A stretch of DNA of 64,000 nt, taken from positions 7,794,761 to 7,858,760 of the forward strand of contig SMSO01000031.1 in the NCBI GenBank assembly GCA_004764695.1. Direction: 5' to 3'. Of this stretch, positions 25,501 to 36,200 are shown one piece after another. The notes under the pieces are model-generated. The model made no database searches. It was not told where the DNA came from and worked only from the letters and a program-made list of their open reading frames with translations. This stretch comes from Schizochytrium sp. TIO01 (taxonomy: Eukaryota > Protista > Bigyra: Labyrinthulomycetes). Position numbers and translations under genes: made by a program. The stretch's first letter is position 1. Each line of letters begins with the position of its first letter.

Positions 25501-27047
25501 GAATCGATTTTGTTTTCCGGGGTACAGTAGCGTTCAACCTCCTCTTGCTTAGCTTGAGAGTACGGCGACTTAATCCAAGCCTGAGCAAGCTCATGCTCGT
25601 TGCGGGGAGCATCCGAACGTGTCATGTGCTTAACGCGGTCAGCCGTGGTAACTTCTTGAATGAAATCGGCCACGTCAAGGTTCTCTGGACAGGCAAATCC
25701 AATACTCTCAAAGTATGGAAGAACATTCTCCCGCTTTCCATGGTACACTGTCATGCCAAGTGCTAGGATGAGAATCTCATCGAAAAGGTTGTAGGTTTCA
25801 GGAGGCGGTTGGAGCAAGGCACACACGGCAGTAAGCTCAAGACGTCTTGCAACTCCTGTGATGCGGCGAGTGATATCGAAAGTCGCCGAACTGTCAAGGC
25901 CAGTACTAATCTGATCGTAAAATGCGAGCGGGCGTCTGGCCATCATCATTTCAGCAGAGGTAACACGTTTTTTCTCACCACCTGATACACCACGTAAGAG
26001 TTCGTTACCGACAATAGTATCTGCTGCATTCGAAAGCGCCAAGTTACGAATGACAAAATCCGGAAAGTTGTCAAATTCTTCATGGATCTTGACGATGTCA
26101 CGATCGCTTACATCGCCAGCGAGACCGAATTTGTCAATCATCATGCGAGCCTCTTCAGGGCCTCCAAAGCAGTCATAGGCAAACTGCAGCGTCTCGCGTA
26201 CTGTCAAGACAGGGATGTGATTGTCGTTCTGGTCCACATAGGTTGCGAGTTTTCTCACGTGAAGATCCTCAGGATGGAACCCAGAGTAAAACAGGTCACC
26301 GGTGACTTTGGCACGACCAGAAGTGCGAATGCGACCAGACAAAAGCTTGAAAAGAGTGGAAACACCACAGCCAGGGGGTCCAAGCACCAGGGTTGAGGTA
26401 CCTGCTTTAAAGACTCCTGAAAGCTTGTTGATGATATTGAAATCAAAGCTCTCCTGTGAGCTTTGAGCACAAGGAGCCCACATGGCATTGATCGCGTTCA
26501 TAATGCCTGGGTTTGTCTTCGGGACTGTGACAGCGTAGTTCAAATCACGGAATGCGACATGAACTGGCCAATGGCCGTCCCCTTGGTGGCGCTGGATAAG
26601 ACCAGCATGGGTGATCATAGTCATTTCCCGCATCGCAGAGGTCAACGAGCGACCAAGCTTTGAGGTGCGGTCAATTTGACCACGCTCAAGGAGGTCAGTA
26701 AGGAGCATCACATCTTCGGTACTGAGATCAACGCTGATGCGACCCCCAGCACTCGGTCCAGAAGTGCCCTGCTCTGCTGGATTGGTTTGCTGATCTTTAA
26801 TCTCGGCCTTGATATGATTAAGGAGGCTGCGAACACGGTCAGTTTTCTCTGACGAAGTATATGCGGTGCTGCCGGCTGCATTGTACATGTGCTTCGACTT
26901 ATCGTCACAAGAATCCTTTTCAACGTTGCATGCGTTCTCCTCAGAAGAGACGCTTTGGCTTTGCACTTCTTCTTCGCAGTGGCCAACTCCCTCCTCAGAA
27001 GCAATCGTGGCCTTGTCGTCATCCTCGTAATCTTTGTTGCTCAGCAT
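22590..27047 (-). CDS. Full-size ABCG/PDR transporter, copy 3 (1485 aa, intact, intronless)
   Basis: Single ORF with NBD1 (GPPGCGVSTL, VSGGEKKR, FYDQISTGLD), TMD1, NBD2 (GSSGAGKTTLMDVLA, GYVEQMDIH, GLSTEQAKRLTIGVEL, DEPTSGLD, CTIHQP, NPATYMLE) and TMD2 with the YYRER motif. Confidence 0.97.
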   Translation of the reverse strand: MLSNKDYEDDDKATIASEEGVGHCEEEVQSQSVSSEENACNVEKDSCDDKSKHMYNAAGSTAYTSSEKTDRVRSLLNHIKAEIKDQQTNPAEQGTSGPSAGGRISVDLSTEDVMLLTDLLERGQIDRTSKLGRSLTSAMREMTMITHAGLIQRHQGDGHWPVHVAFRDLNYAVTVPKTNPGIMNAINAMWAPCAQSSQESFDFNIINKLSGVFKAGTSTLVLGPPGCGVSTLFKLLSGRIRTSGRAKVTGDLFYSGFHPEDLHVRKLATYVDQNDNHIPVLTVRETLQFAYDCFGGPEEARMMIDKFGLAGDVSDRDIVKIHEEFDNFPDFVIRNLALSNAADTIVGNELLRGVSGGEKKRVTSAEMMMARRPLAFYDQISTGLDSSATFDITRRITGVARRLELTAVCALLQPPPETYNLFDEILILALGMTVYHGKRENVLPYFESIGFACPENLDVADFIQEVTTADRVKHMTRSDAPRNEHELAQAWIKSPYSQAKQEEVERYCTPENKIDSPMRRDVYDRFQPLYANSCCKDLALVVGRQLTLSFRDVAFVQTRALQALGVGVFIGSLFYKIDPNLPASANDDQQPALQRYGIFFATMIHCALAGAAQIPVVLMQRPVYYKQSDAYFYRTGNYVIAELCSVLPLAFIESTLLAVMTFFIGWIVPFKDQAPTGETDVGGPFMLYWLILLILNISFGTWLRAVASFSPSQPIGQVLMGISVASVCLFSGYLITADTVPVWFVWIFWLSPLAWAFRAGVIVIFGSSAFTEAQRDYTLALFGFEYDVNYIYGGILLMVAYTLVGMYISHHSYIQLRYEGGGGRALEDVEEDEAFARHSEIRLAADAHSGQPGKSPAGTASHPHAKDETSNAISFTPVDLVFRNLWYSVQGPKDGGGEFSLSLLKGISGYAEAGTLTALMGSSGAGKTTLMDVLALRKTSGKITGDVLVNGRPQERTTFSRIIGYVEQMDIHSPKATVHEALTFSAYLRQPSHISNEEKDEFVEGVMKTLQLHPLRDMMIGFKHLGGLSTEQAKRLTIGVELAANPAIIFADEPTSGLDASSARVVMDGLERIARGGRTVVCTIHQPSKFIFEKFDRLLLLRRGGQMVYFGDLGENSSELLTYLDALPGTPGMPNPRYNPATYMLEAIGANAGAGNDYAAEYENSAIRQHNEQAIETLVQRNLAERPEIHFETTFASTFGMQTDQLVKRWMLSYWRDVAYNTSRFFLSVFMAVFFGFSFLLRGGDITSSADVQTFVGAMFQATSFMAVMGMATVMPVIYVERASYYRERAASYYGVIPVVIATTLAELPYCVGTGLVFCPIFYFMVGMYHNASAFFLFFAFYIMFYFCIIFFGHMLAQALPNEQVASLIGSVFFACWCISSGLMISVDQVPYFWTWFTYINPLRYCIQGLVSSQMACDDPSIEPAENPGCNWIEESNSTAWEFMENRFGYVSSDWPWCLGAVIAFAGGFRIVNAFCYAYVSYLKR

Positions 27048-30000
27048 TTTGACTGTCTCGAGATCTAAGGCTTTGCTATTAGATGCTCCTAGTCTTGTCT
27101 CTACTTGGCCGTCGGCAGGCTCAGGTCAGTTGAGCTGCCTTGGGCGTTTGTAGATTGTAAACCAATGTGCGTCAAATGAAGCTTCAAATTATAGGGTTTC
27201 CCGAGGATTTGAACCAGGGGTCCAGGAAAGCCTCTCGATTAACGATAGAGTTTTGTTTTTGCTATTCCTCCTTTATTGCGGATTTTTATTGCACAAATGA
27301 AGGAAGAGGTTTTATCTTAGTCCTTCTTACTGTTATTGCTGTTTTACTTCTTCTTCGTCAGATGACGGATTGTTCTATAACTAGAGACACCCGAGTTCCG
27401 GTTTTAGTTGTTTGCGTGCGTGTACATACGCAAAGACTTCCTCATTTCCCAGTTGAAGTAGTAAGCGCAGACAAGTAGCATCATCTTCGACGACAGTAAT
27501 CAGAATAGCTGACGCTAATTCGTTTGCCAAAGTTCAGCTGCATTGACTTTGCGGGAATATCATTAAAGAATGTAGGTTGGTAGCACTCTCACTAGTCGTA
27601 CTTTGTTTAAAAAATCCTTTAAAACTTGGGTAAAACTCAAGCCAAAACAGATATTCCATGTGTAGGTAGTCCTAACTTTACGAGATATTCAACTTGCGTT
27701 TTTTAATTCTCCCTGGACCACAACAGATTGAAGCCGAGTTACCCTGAGCAGTAAAACGACCTGTCCGGAGAATACAGAAGCCATTCCCTCCTGATCCAGC
27801 ATCGCGAGCAGGCGGGGACTCAGGGTACGAATACCACACGCTCTTACCAGTTAATGCGGTCTTGGCTGCCTTCAGGTACGAACAAACGTTCTTTTCTTTA
27901 TAAATTTGCGCGCATTGCTGATGCCACCGCACAACATCTTTTATTTTGAAGTACATAGATCCCATGAATGCTGCATCGCTCCTTGATGGCTTCTCATGAG
28001 TCCGGCGGACATTCATTCTTGCGTCTCTCACGTCTCATGAGGCTCAATCCTACGCCAAGATTCCAACTTGGAGTCGCGGAAATTAAAGCTCGCCTTTGCC
28101 CGACGAGGTAATGTCAGCTCATTTGCCTGCTTGACTACCATCATGGAGGTTGAACTTTTCTTGAACGATGGTTGAACAGTTTGCGCTTACTTGAGAAAGC
28201 AATTCTGCTTGATCCTTCCTTTTTAATTTTTTAATTAAAAAATATTTTTTATGATTTGATAAAAAAATTAAAATCTCAACAACAAATTACCATTTGATTC
28301 ATATTCCCCACGAAGAACATTCTTCTTTCATAGTTAAAAATACTACTTCACCTACCTACCCACCTAGCAAAACACGAGGAGGCGATTTGTGCAACTGCTA
28401 AGTCGCCGACTCTCTTTTCAGCTTCCTCGTTACACCAGGTCTTGGGGAGTATAGCACGTTCACCAGAAATCCACAGCCATAGCAAATTCATGTCAAAACA
28501 TCAATCAATACTGCGACGGAGTGCAAAAAGTGCTGGTGTTGAGGGCCAGTGTCGGTGATGCTCCTTTCTAATTTGCATCGTAATTAACTCGAGGCAGATT
28601 ATTCGTCACGAGGCTCCGTACCGAGACCTGCGAATGCATAGGCGCGCACAAAGAACATCCTTCTATGGAAATGTACAACGTGTTGTATTTCAAGTTGCGT
28701 TGCGACGCCTGAAACGCAGAATTGAATCGAGGTACAGGTTTGGCATTGCTGTTGCTGATGAGACTAAAAGTGCTTCCACTTTCGGTTTGCGTCATGTCTA
28801 TAGAGTATCGCACGAATAAGACACTTTGGTAATCTCGCTCGCTATTAACCACTCCTGAAAGTCAGTCACACATTTGGTCCTTTATGTAGGGCGTACATCT
28901 GTTATCTTCCCTTTGGTGCCAGCACCTTAGCTTCTTGAGGAAGATTCGCAGGGAATGACACCACGTTGCGCTACCCTCTACCAACTTGAACTTTAATCCC
29001 CCTTCTCAACCTTGGCGCAAACGAAGCCGAGCACGGGTTGGAGTAACAACTACACACCCTCGCCAACTTGATCGCTTAAACTTGTGCTCTTCGCCGGCGG
29101 TTCTCTCAGAGCAAATCATCATTACGATGGTGTCCAAATTGAACGAGCGTGGTAACTTTCTTGGAATTGTTAGCGAACTCAAGCTTGGCGAAACGTCTTC
29201 TTCAATCAGTTTTCATGGTTTTAATAGGTCTCGCTCACATCTCCATCATAAAGCCGTATGGACAATTCAATAAGGCACGGGCAATCCTATCCAAGTTTTA
29301 ATTCGATGTGGGCTTGCAGAGGAAAATGAGTTCTTACCTCAAATTTCAAAAAATTAGTACCACCCTCACTCATGACGTATAATGCATAGAATTCTGTATG
29401 CCGTGGCATTAAATTTTATGATTTTAGGCACCTTCGATGCAATTCATAGCGACGACTCCTGGTGCACAAACCCAGAGTGGGATATGTCAAACCTTAACGC
29501 AAAAATGGATGGCCATAATCGTCATCTGCATATATCTTGTGATGCCTTCCTGAGGTTGCCACCTACGCAGTTTAGTCAATTAATTCATTAAAGCACGCCG
29601 ACCTTGAATTATCTCGCTCGTGGTTCTGACTCGTGAACAACCCAAATCTCAGTACAGGTGGCGCAAACAGGTTCTGGCCGGTAAAGTACGACAAAGCCCT
29701 GTCACGAACAAAGAATTGAGAACGTTGCGTATGCCCCGCCGTTTCTTCGCCCCCTCATCCAGAGCTCAGCTCAGCTGGAAGCGCCTTCCAGAGTACAGCT
29801 GCTCATCAATCAAAGCAGCGACGCTTGTTCATTCTTCGAGGATACGGACTCTTCCCCAATCTAAACGGTCTTAAACAATAGCCAGATGCTTTGGAAATCA
29901 GTGAGAGCAAAATCTCTTCTTACGTGGAAAAGGCGACTCTGAAGACGCAGATAGATTTAGTAACTTGGAGATCCTCTGCCCTTCTGAGCACCAGTTTTGA

Positions 30001-30099
30001 TTCATCCATTCCATTCGCTCCTTCATAACTTCAAATGTGTGGTTTTAATATTTTTAATTATAATCTTTTATTTACAGTGTTTATTTTATTTTATTTTTA

Positions 30100-30148
30100 A
30101 AATACATAAATACATAAATACATAAATACATAAATACATATAAATACA
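30100..30148. repeat. (AAATACAT)n 8-mer tandem repeat
   Basis: Five perfect units plus a degenerate one. Confidence 0.9.
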
Positions 30149-31709
30149 AAGTATTGAAAAATGGCAAATAACAAGTGCAGTCTTAGCCTACTAGATATGA
30201 GAATTAGCGGGTGACATTTGCAGCTGAATGGAAGACGGCAAGTTGGATCCCAACGAACGAACCAGAACTGCTTTTAAGCGTTTTTTTATTTTGAGGAAGG
30301 CTCAAGAGGCCAGGCCCCGGCATCGCCAGGCATGGAGATAAGAAGGACTTACACAGTAGATCTACGAGTTTTCACATTGCCAGTCGGTGCTATCTAGCGA
30401 AGCGCCGCGCAGCAGGGCCATTGCCATCCACTGCGAGTTTAATTTACCCTAGTCTGCAAAAGAAATTGAAAATTAAATTTTAAAAAGTTTTAGATTACTT
30501 TCCCTTGTGAAGTAATGAATGAGAATGTGAGCGTTGGAGATACACAAAGTGCTTCTTCTGCCTAGGTATGCACGTTATATGCAACGCCAAACGAGGGACG
30601 CGTAGTCATCTTTCGATCGAACTTCAACCTGAGGCCAGCAGGAGCAACTAACTCTGTAGGCAGGTCTTCTCTGCTGCTATTGCTTGCTCTAGTAAAGTAG
30701 GCGAGAGGAAGAAACCTTTTTGATCCAGCTTAAGTTAAGGATCACTTTCACTAAGAATTTGATCATGAATGTGGCGGAACACCTTTTTAAAAGAGAATAA
30801 AAGGGAGAAAAACAAAAGAGCATATCATGAGCGAAAGAAAGAACTTGAAAGAAAGCGAATCATCATTTCTATTTATTCATCAGCGAAGAGAAACAAAGAG
30901 AGATAGAGGATTCCCATCGGAGAAGCTCAAGCAAGCAAGCAAGCAAGCTCTTAGCCAGCGTCAGCCCAACCTCTGGCCGACCTTTGCAGAATGCACGAGG
31001 AAGCAAAAGGAATCGCCGGGAGAGTGCTTTGAGTTTGTTTCCTTTCTCAGCGAGTGAGAAAGAAAACTGCACCTTCAAATAATACCTTTTCAGAAAGCCT
31101 TTCTTTGGTTTCTTTCGTGCCAAACAAATACATCCTTTGGAACCCCTAGTGCGCTTGTAGGTAACGCTAATACCTACCTTTTTGGCTAACACCTCCTACT
31201 ACTCGCAAGCAGCAAAACGAAGACGAACGGAACAGCTGCGGAAATGGAACGAAGCGCCAGGCGCTGCTAGTCCCACGCCTAGTGCGGGCTTAGGACCCGT
31301 TCTTTTTTTTCGGCAGACTCAAGCTCTCAAATGTCTATTTCGAAAGCTCTGAAATGATCAGGAGACGAGGTCTCGCTTGCTTGCATTCGAAGAAAGCCAA
31401 AGCTCGCGACACTCGAAGAGCGACGCCGCTAAGGGCTGAGAGCGACGCCCACCCGCCTCCTGCCGCCTGCGTCCAGGCTGGAGGCAGCGAGTGGCGCAAG
31501 AGGCAGTCGCAGCGGAAGGCAGGAACCTCAGGTACAGCGCAACACGATGCAGAGCTGTGTCGCATTGGCGATCCTCAGCGGAGACAGGCCGCCGAGAGCC
31601 GTCGAAGCCAGGGACGGGGAGGACCGCGGAAGGGGAGCGGCCGCGAGGCAGGGGCGAGGCGAAGGGGAGGGACCTCGCGCGCGAGCCGCTGCAGAGGAGC
31701 GAGCGCATA

Positions 31710-31761
31710 AAGAAGAAGAAGAAGAAGAAGAAGAAGAAGACGAAGAAGAAGAAGAAGAAGA
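31710..31761. repeat. (GAA)n trinucleotide repeat within a GC-rich island
   Basis: About 17 GAA units with one GAC interruption. Confidence 0.95.
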
Positions 31762-33283
31762 GGCCTGAAGCGGCGTCCGTCGGTTTGAGGGCTAAACTTC
31801 CCACAGCCCCACAGCGGCGCTGAATGCAGGTGAGGAACGATGTGCTCTGGTAACGAGCGACCACAGGAAGCGTTGGGGATGCAAAGAGGCAAAGAGGACG
31901 AGAGAGGTAGCTATAGCTAGCTAGCTGCCTGCCTGCCTGCCTGGTGTGAAGCTTGCAGATAGATAGATACACGAAGCAGTGAAGTCAATCTCAGGTATGT
32001 ATTGGTTGATATTTTGCGTTTTGTCCTACTAGCGAAACAGCTAGACACGAGTTGCAATCGAAATGAATCGGGCGCCGGCGCTGACAGGTACCTGCTACGG
32101 AGGAGCGGAAGCAACGAAGGTAAAGTTCGAAGGTTGGGCTCAAGAGGAGAAAGGCGACTATATGTTGTCATCATGCACTCGTTGATGGCGTATGTGACTT
32201 TGATGTGCACAAAAAATATTGGAGATTAGTAGATAATGGAGAACGGTGAGAGAGCAAGACTTGAGATTGATGAAGATAGCAAAGGTAGACTGCGATCCTG
32301 CGATGGGCTCGATGATTGCTTTCGCATAGAGACTAAGCAACATGGGACGTCTTGCCAGTGGAGAATGTTTGAGGTGAGCATTGAAGCAAAGGCAGGAATC
32401 TTGATGATCGACATGGAGCAGGATTGATCTTGACAACGAGGAGCGCTTGTAGCTGTTTAAAACGTTCGAGGCTACCACGTCGTTGACAGAAAGTACTCGC
32501 TGTGATGACCCACTGGCGGGCCTTGGATCGAACAATCGAGGTGGATATTCATGAAAACAAAGGTAGCCAACCATCGATCGAATGAATGAGAGGTACTCTG
32601 TAAAACGCGAAAGTGTCCAACTTGTGCAGAGAGGCAACTTCGAAAATTGAATGCTGCCCAATCGCCGCCGAGCTCAGATCAAAACTTGGCGCTTTAATCG
32701 CGCATCCGCGACATATTGGCCGCTGTGGTCACTGATTTGGCCTAAATAAGCTTCATTTAGATTGGTACACGAGGCACTCTTTCGTCGAAAAGTGGTGGAA
32801 CACCTCTCTATAGTGTTCAACAAGTTAATATTAGGTGCGGACAACAGAGCGTGTTCAATCAATTATCTCTCTAGCCAATATTTTTGCTCCAAGTGATAAA
32901 AATGTTGGCTGTTTGGAGGATGCTATACAACTGCGAAAAGGACTCGAAAACCGAGAGATGAAAGGTTTCACCTGTGCTACCTTATATCGCATACTTTGCG
33001 ACTTCTTGGGAAATATGAAGACAACGATGAATTTGTAAACTAAAATTTAGCACGGGAAGGGTGCTTTCTCAAGGACTCGTTTATCATTTAGTTGATATCA
33101 TGCTATGAGCTACAGTTGATTCTTGTTGTTTTATCTCATCGAAATAGCTACGTTCCCTCCCTAAAAAACGAAAGCAACAGGAATTTCTATCCTCATATTG
33201 CAGAATACAAAAGTTTGCCCAGGAGATATCAACACTGTAAATGTTCCGGATTTAAAGACATTTATCGAAAATCACAATTACTA

Positions 33284-36200
33284 TTAACGCTTCAGATAGG
33301 AGACATACGCAAAGCAGAAGCCATTCAGAATTCGGAAACCACCCATAAACGCAACAACAGTGCCAAGGCACCACGGCCAATCGTCGGAGCTGTAGCCGAA
33401 ACGATCTTGCATCATGTTCCATGCAGTCATGTTACCTTCAACAATATTGCAGCCTGGGTTATCCGCAGGCTGCACAGACGGATCGTCGCAAGCCATCTGA
33501 CTCACAACAAGACCATCCAGGGCAAAACGCAATGGATTCAAATACGTAAACCACTGCCAAAAGTATGGAATGTCATCGATGGAAATCATCAACCCGGCGG
33601 AAAAGCACCAGCACGCGAAAACTACAGAGCCCACCAGGTTAGCAACCTGCTCGTTAGGCAACGCCTGAGCCAACAAATGTCCGAAGTATGTGATACAGAA
33701 GTAAAAGATGGTGTAAAACGCGAAAAACAACCAAAACGCAGTCGCATTGTGCCACATACCAACCATGAAATAAAAGATCGAAACATATATCAGGCATGCA
33801 AGAGTAGCATACGGGATCTCCGCGAGGGTGGTGGCAATCACCACAGGCATCACACCGTAGTAAGACGCTGCACGTTCACGGTAGAATGAAGCACGCTCAA
33901 TGAACACAATTGGCATGGCGCTGTTCATTGCCATCACGGCCATAAAAGTAGAAGCCAAAAACAAGGCACCAACAAAACTCTGCACATCAGATGCAGATGA
34001 AATGTCGCTACCACGGAAGAGAAACGAAAAGCCAAAGAACACAGCGAGAATGATATTGATCACGAAACGTGTCGTGTTGTACGGCACATCTCGCCAATAC
34101 GAACGGAACCATCGCTTCACAAGCTGATCAGTCTGCATTCCAAACGTACTAGCATATGTACTGCTAAAGTGGATCTCAGGACGCTCTGCAAGGTTCTTCT
34201 GGACAAGCGCATCGATTATCTGATCGTTCTCTTGACGTTTTGCACTGTTCTCGTACTCTGCTGCGTAGTCAGCACCAGCACCAGCATTAGCGCCAATGGC
34301 CTCAAGCATGTATGTTGCAGGGTTGTAACGAGGGTTCGGCATACCAGGTGTACCCGGCAATGCATCGAGGTAAGCCAGCAGATCACAACTGTCCTTGCCG
34401 AGATCGCCAAAGTACACCATCTGTCCACCACGACGAACGAGCAACAAACGGTCAAACTTCTCGAAGATCACCTTGGAAGGCTGGTGAATCGTACATACCA
34501 CCGTGCGACCTCCACGAGCAATCCGCTCAAGACCGTTCATTACGACAAGCGCGGAGCTCGCATCAAGGCCGGATGTGGGCTCATCAGCAAAGATAATTGC
34601 AGGGTTGGCTGAAAGCTCAACACCAATTGTCAAGCGCTTTGCCTGCTCCGTACTGAGACCGCCCATACCCTTGAAGCCAATCTTCATGTTACGGATAGGC
34701 TCCATGCGCAGAGTTTTGATAACTTCCTCAACAAAAGCATCCTTGTCTTCGGTGGGGATGTCACTGGACTGGCGAAGGTAAGCTGAGAATGTCAAAGCTT
34801 CATGAACAGTTGCATTCGGGCTATGGATATCCATCTGCTCGACATAACCAATGATGCGGGAGAATGTGGTGCGCTCTTGCGGACGACCATTGACGAGAAC
34901 ATCACCAGTGATTTTACCGCTGGTCTTACGAAGCGCCAAGACATCCATGAGGGTGGTTTTACCAGCACCACTACTTCCCATGAGGGCGGTAAGAGTTCCA
35001 GCTTCGGCATAGCCGCTGATGCCTTTAAGGAGAGAAAGGTTGTACTGTCCGCGACCATCCTTGGGGCCTTGGACAGAGTACCAAAGGTTCTTGAAGACCA
35101 GATCCACGGGAGTAAAGGTGATATTCTTCGAAACAGCTGCTGGGTCTACTGCTTCCACAGTATTTGAATTAGTTTTAGCAGGAGACTTGCCATTCTCTCC
35201 AGACAATGCCTGTTCCAGTTGGACAACATCATCGTTTCCATTAAGATGATCAAGCTCGTCATCGAGGTCTGCAGGTGGGCTACCACCACCTTCAAAGCGA
35301 AGGTGAACATAACTAAGATAGCTAACATAGAGTCCAACGATGGTGTAGCCAACCAAAAGAAGAATTGCACCGTAGATGTAGTTGACATCATTTTCAAAGC
35401 CAAAGAGGGCAAATGCGTAGTCTTGCTGCTCTTGTGTGTATGCTTCGCTTCTGAAAATCACAATCACTCCGGCACGGAAGGCCCATGCCATCGGAGACAG
35501 CCAGTAGATCCAAATGAACCATACAGGGACAGTATCTGCTGTGAGCAGGTAACCACTGAACAGACAGATAGATGCAACACAAATACCAGAGAGAACTTGT
35601 CCGATTGAGGGTGAAGGTGATAGAGAAGCAAGCGCACGCAGCCAGGTTCCAAATGAAATGTTAAGGATAACCATAATCAGCCAGTAAAGCATGAAACATC
35701 CGCCCACATCAGAGTAGCCTGTCGCAGTGTGCTCACCAAACGGAACCATCCATGATATCCAGAATGCCATCAGTGAAAGTAGGGTAGACTCAATGAATGC
35801 AAGCGGTAACACAGAGCAAAACTCGCCCAAAACATAGCTGCCAGTGCGGAAAAAGTATGCATCACTTTGCTTGTAGTATACGGGACGCTGAGAAAGTACA
35901 ACAGGAATTTGGGAGGCGCCGGCTAAGGCACTATGAATCATCGTTGTGAAAAGCACACCATATCTCTGTAGGACCGGGTTCTGGTCTTCCGATGCACTTG
36001 TCGGAAGGTTTGGGTCAATTTTGTAGAACAAGGAACCCATAAAGACACCAACACACAAAGCTTGGATTGTACGAGTACGCACAAACTCGATATCACGAAA
36101 TGCCAGACGCAATTGACGGCTCACTACAAGACCCGCCTCACGACACAAGGAGTTTGCATAAAGTGGCTGGCGTGAGTCGTAAACCTCTTGTCGAAGCTCA

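Noticed and set aside
31285-31310. Small hairpin followed by a T-run, like an intrinsic or Pol III terminator
   Set aside because: Only a 4-bp stem, eukaryotic context, and no upstream tRNA, A-box or B-box.
31354-31972. Poly-E, poly-K and poly-F ORFs in several frames
   Set aside because: Artefacts of high GC and the (GAA)n repeat.
32589-32696. Peptide EVLCKTRKCPTCAERQ resembling the CxxxxCPxC zinc motif of rolling-circle Rep/IS91 proteins
   Set aside because: Only about 35 codons between stops, no start codon, and no HUH or catalytic Tyr motifs nearby; likely chance.
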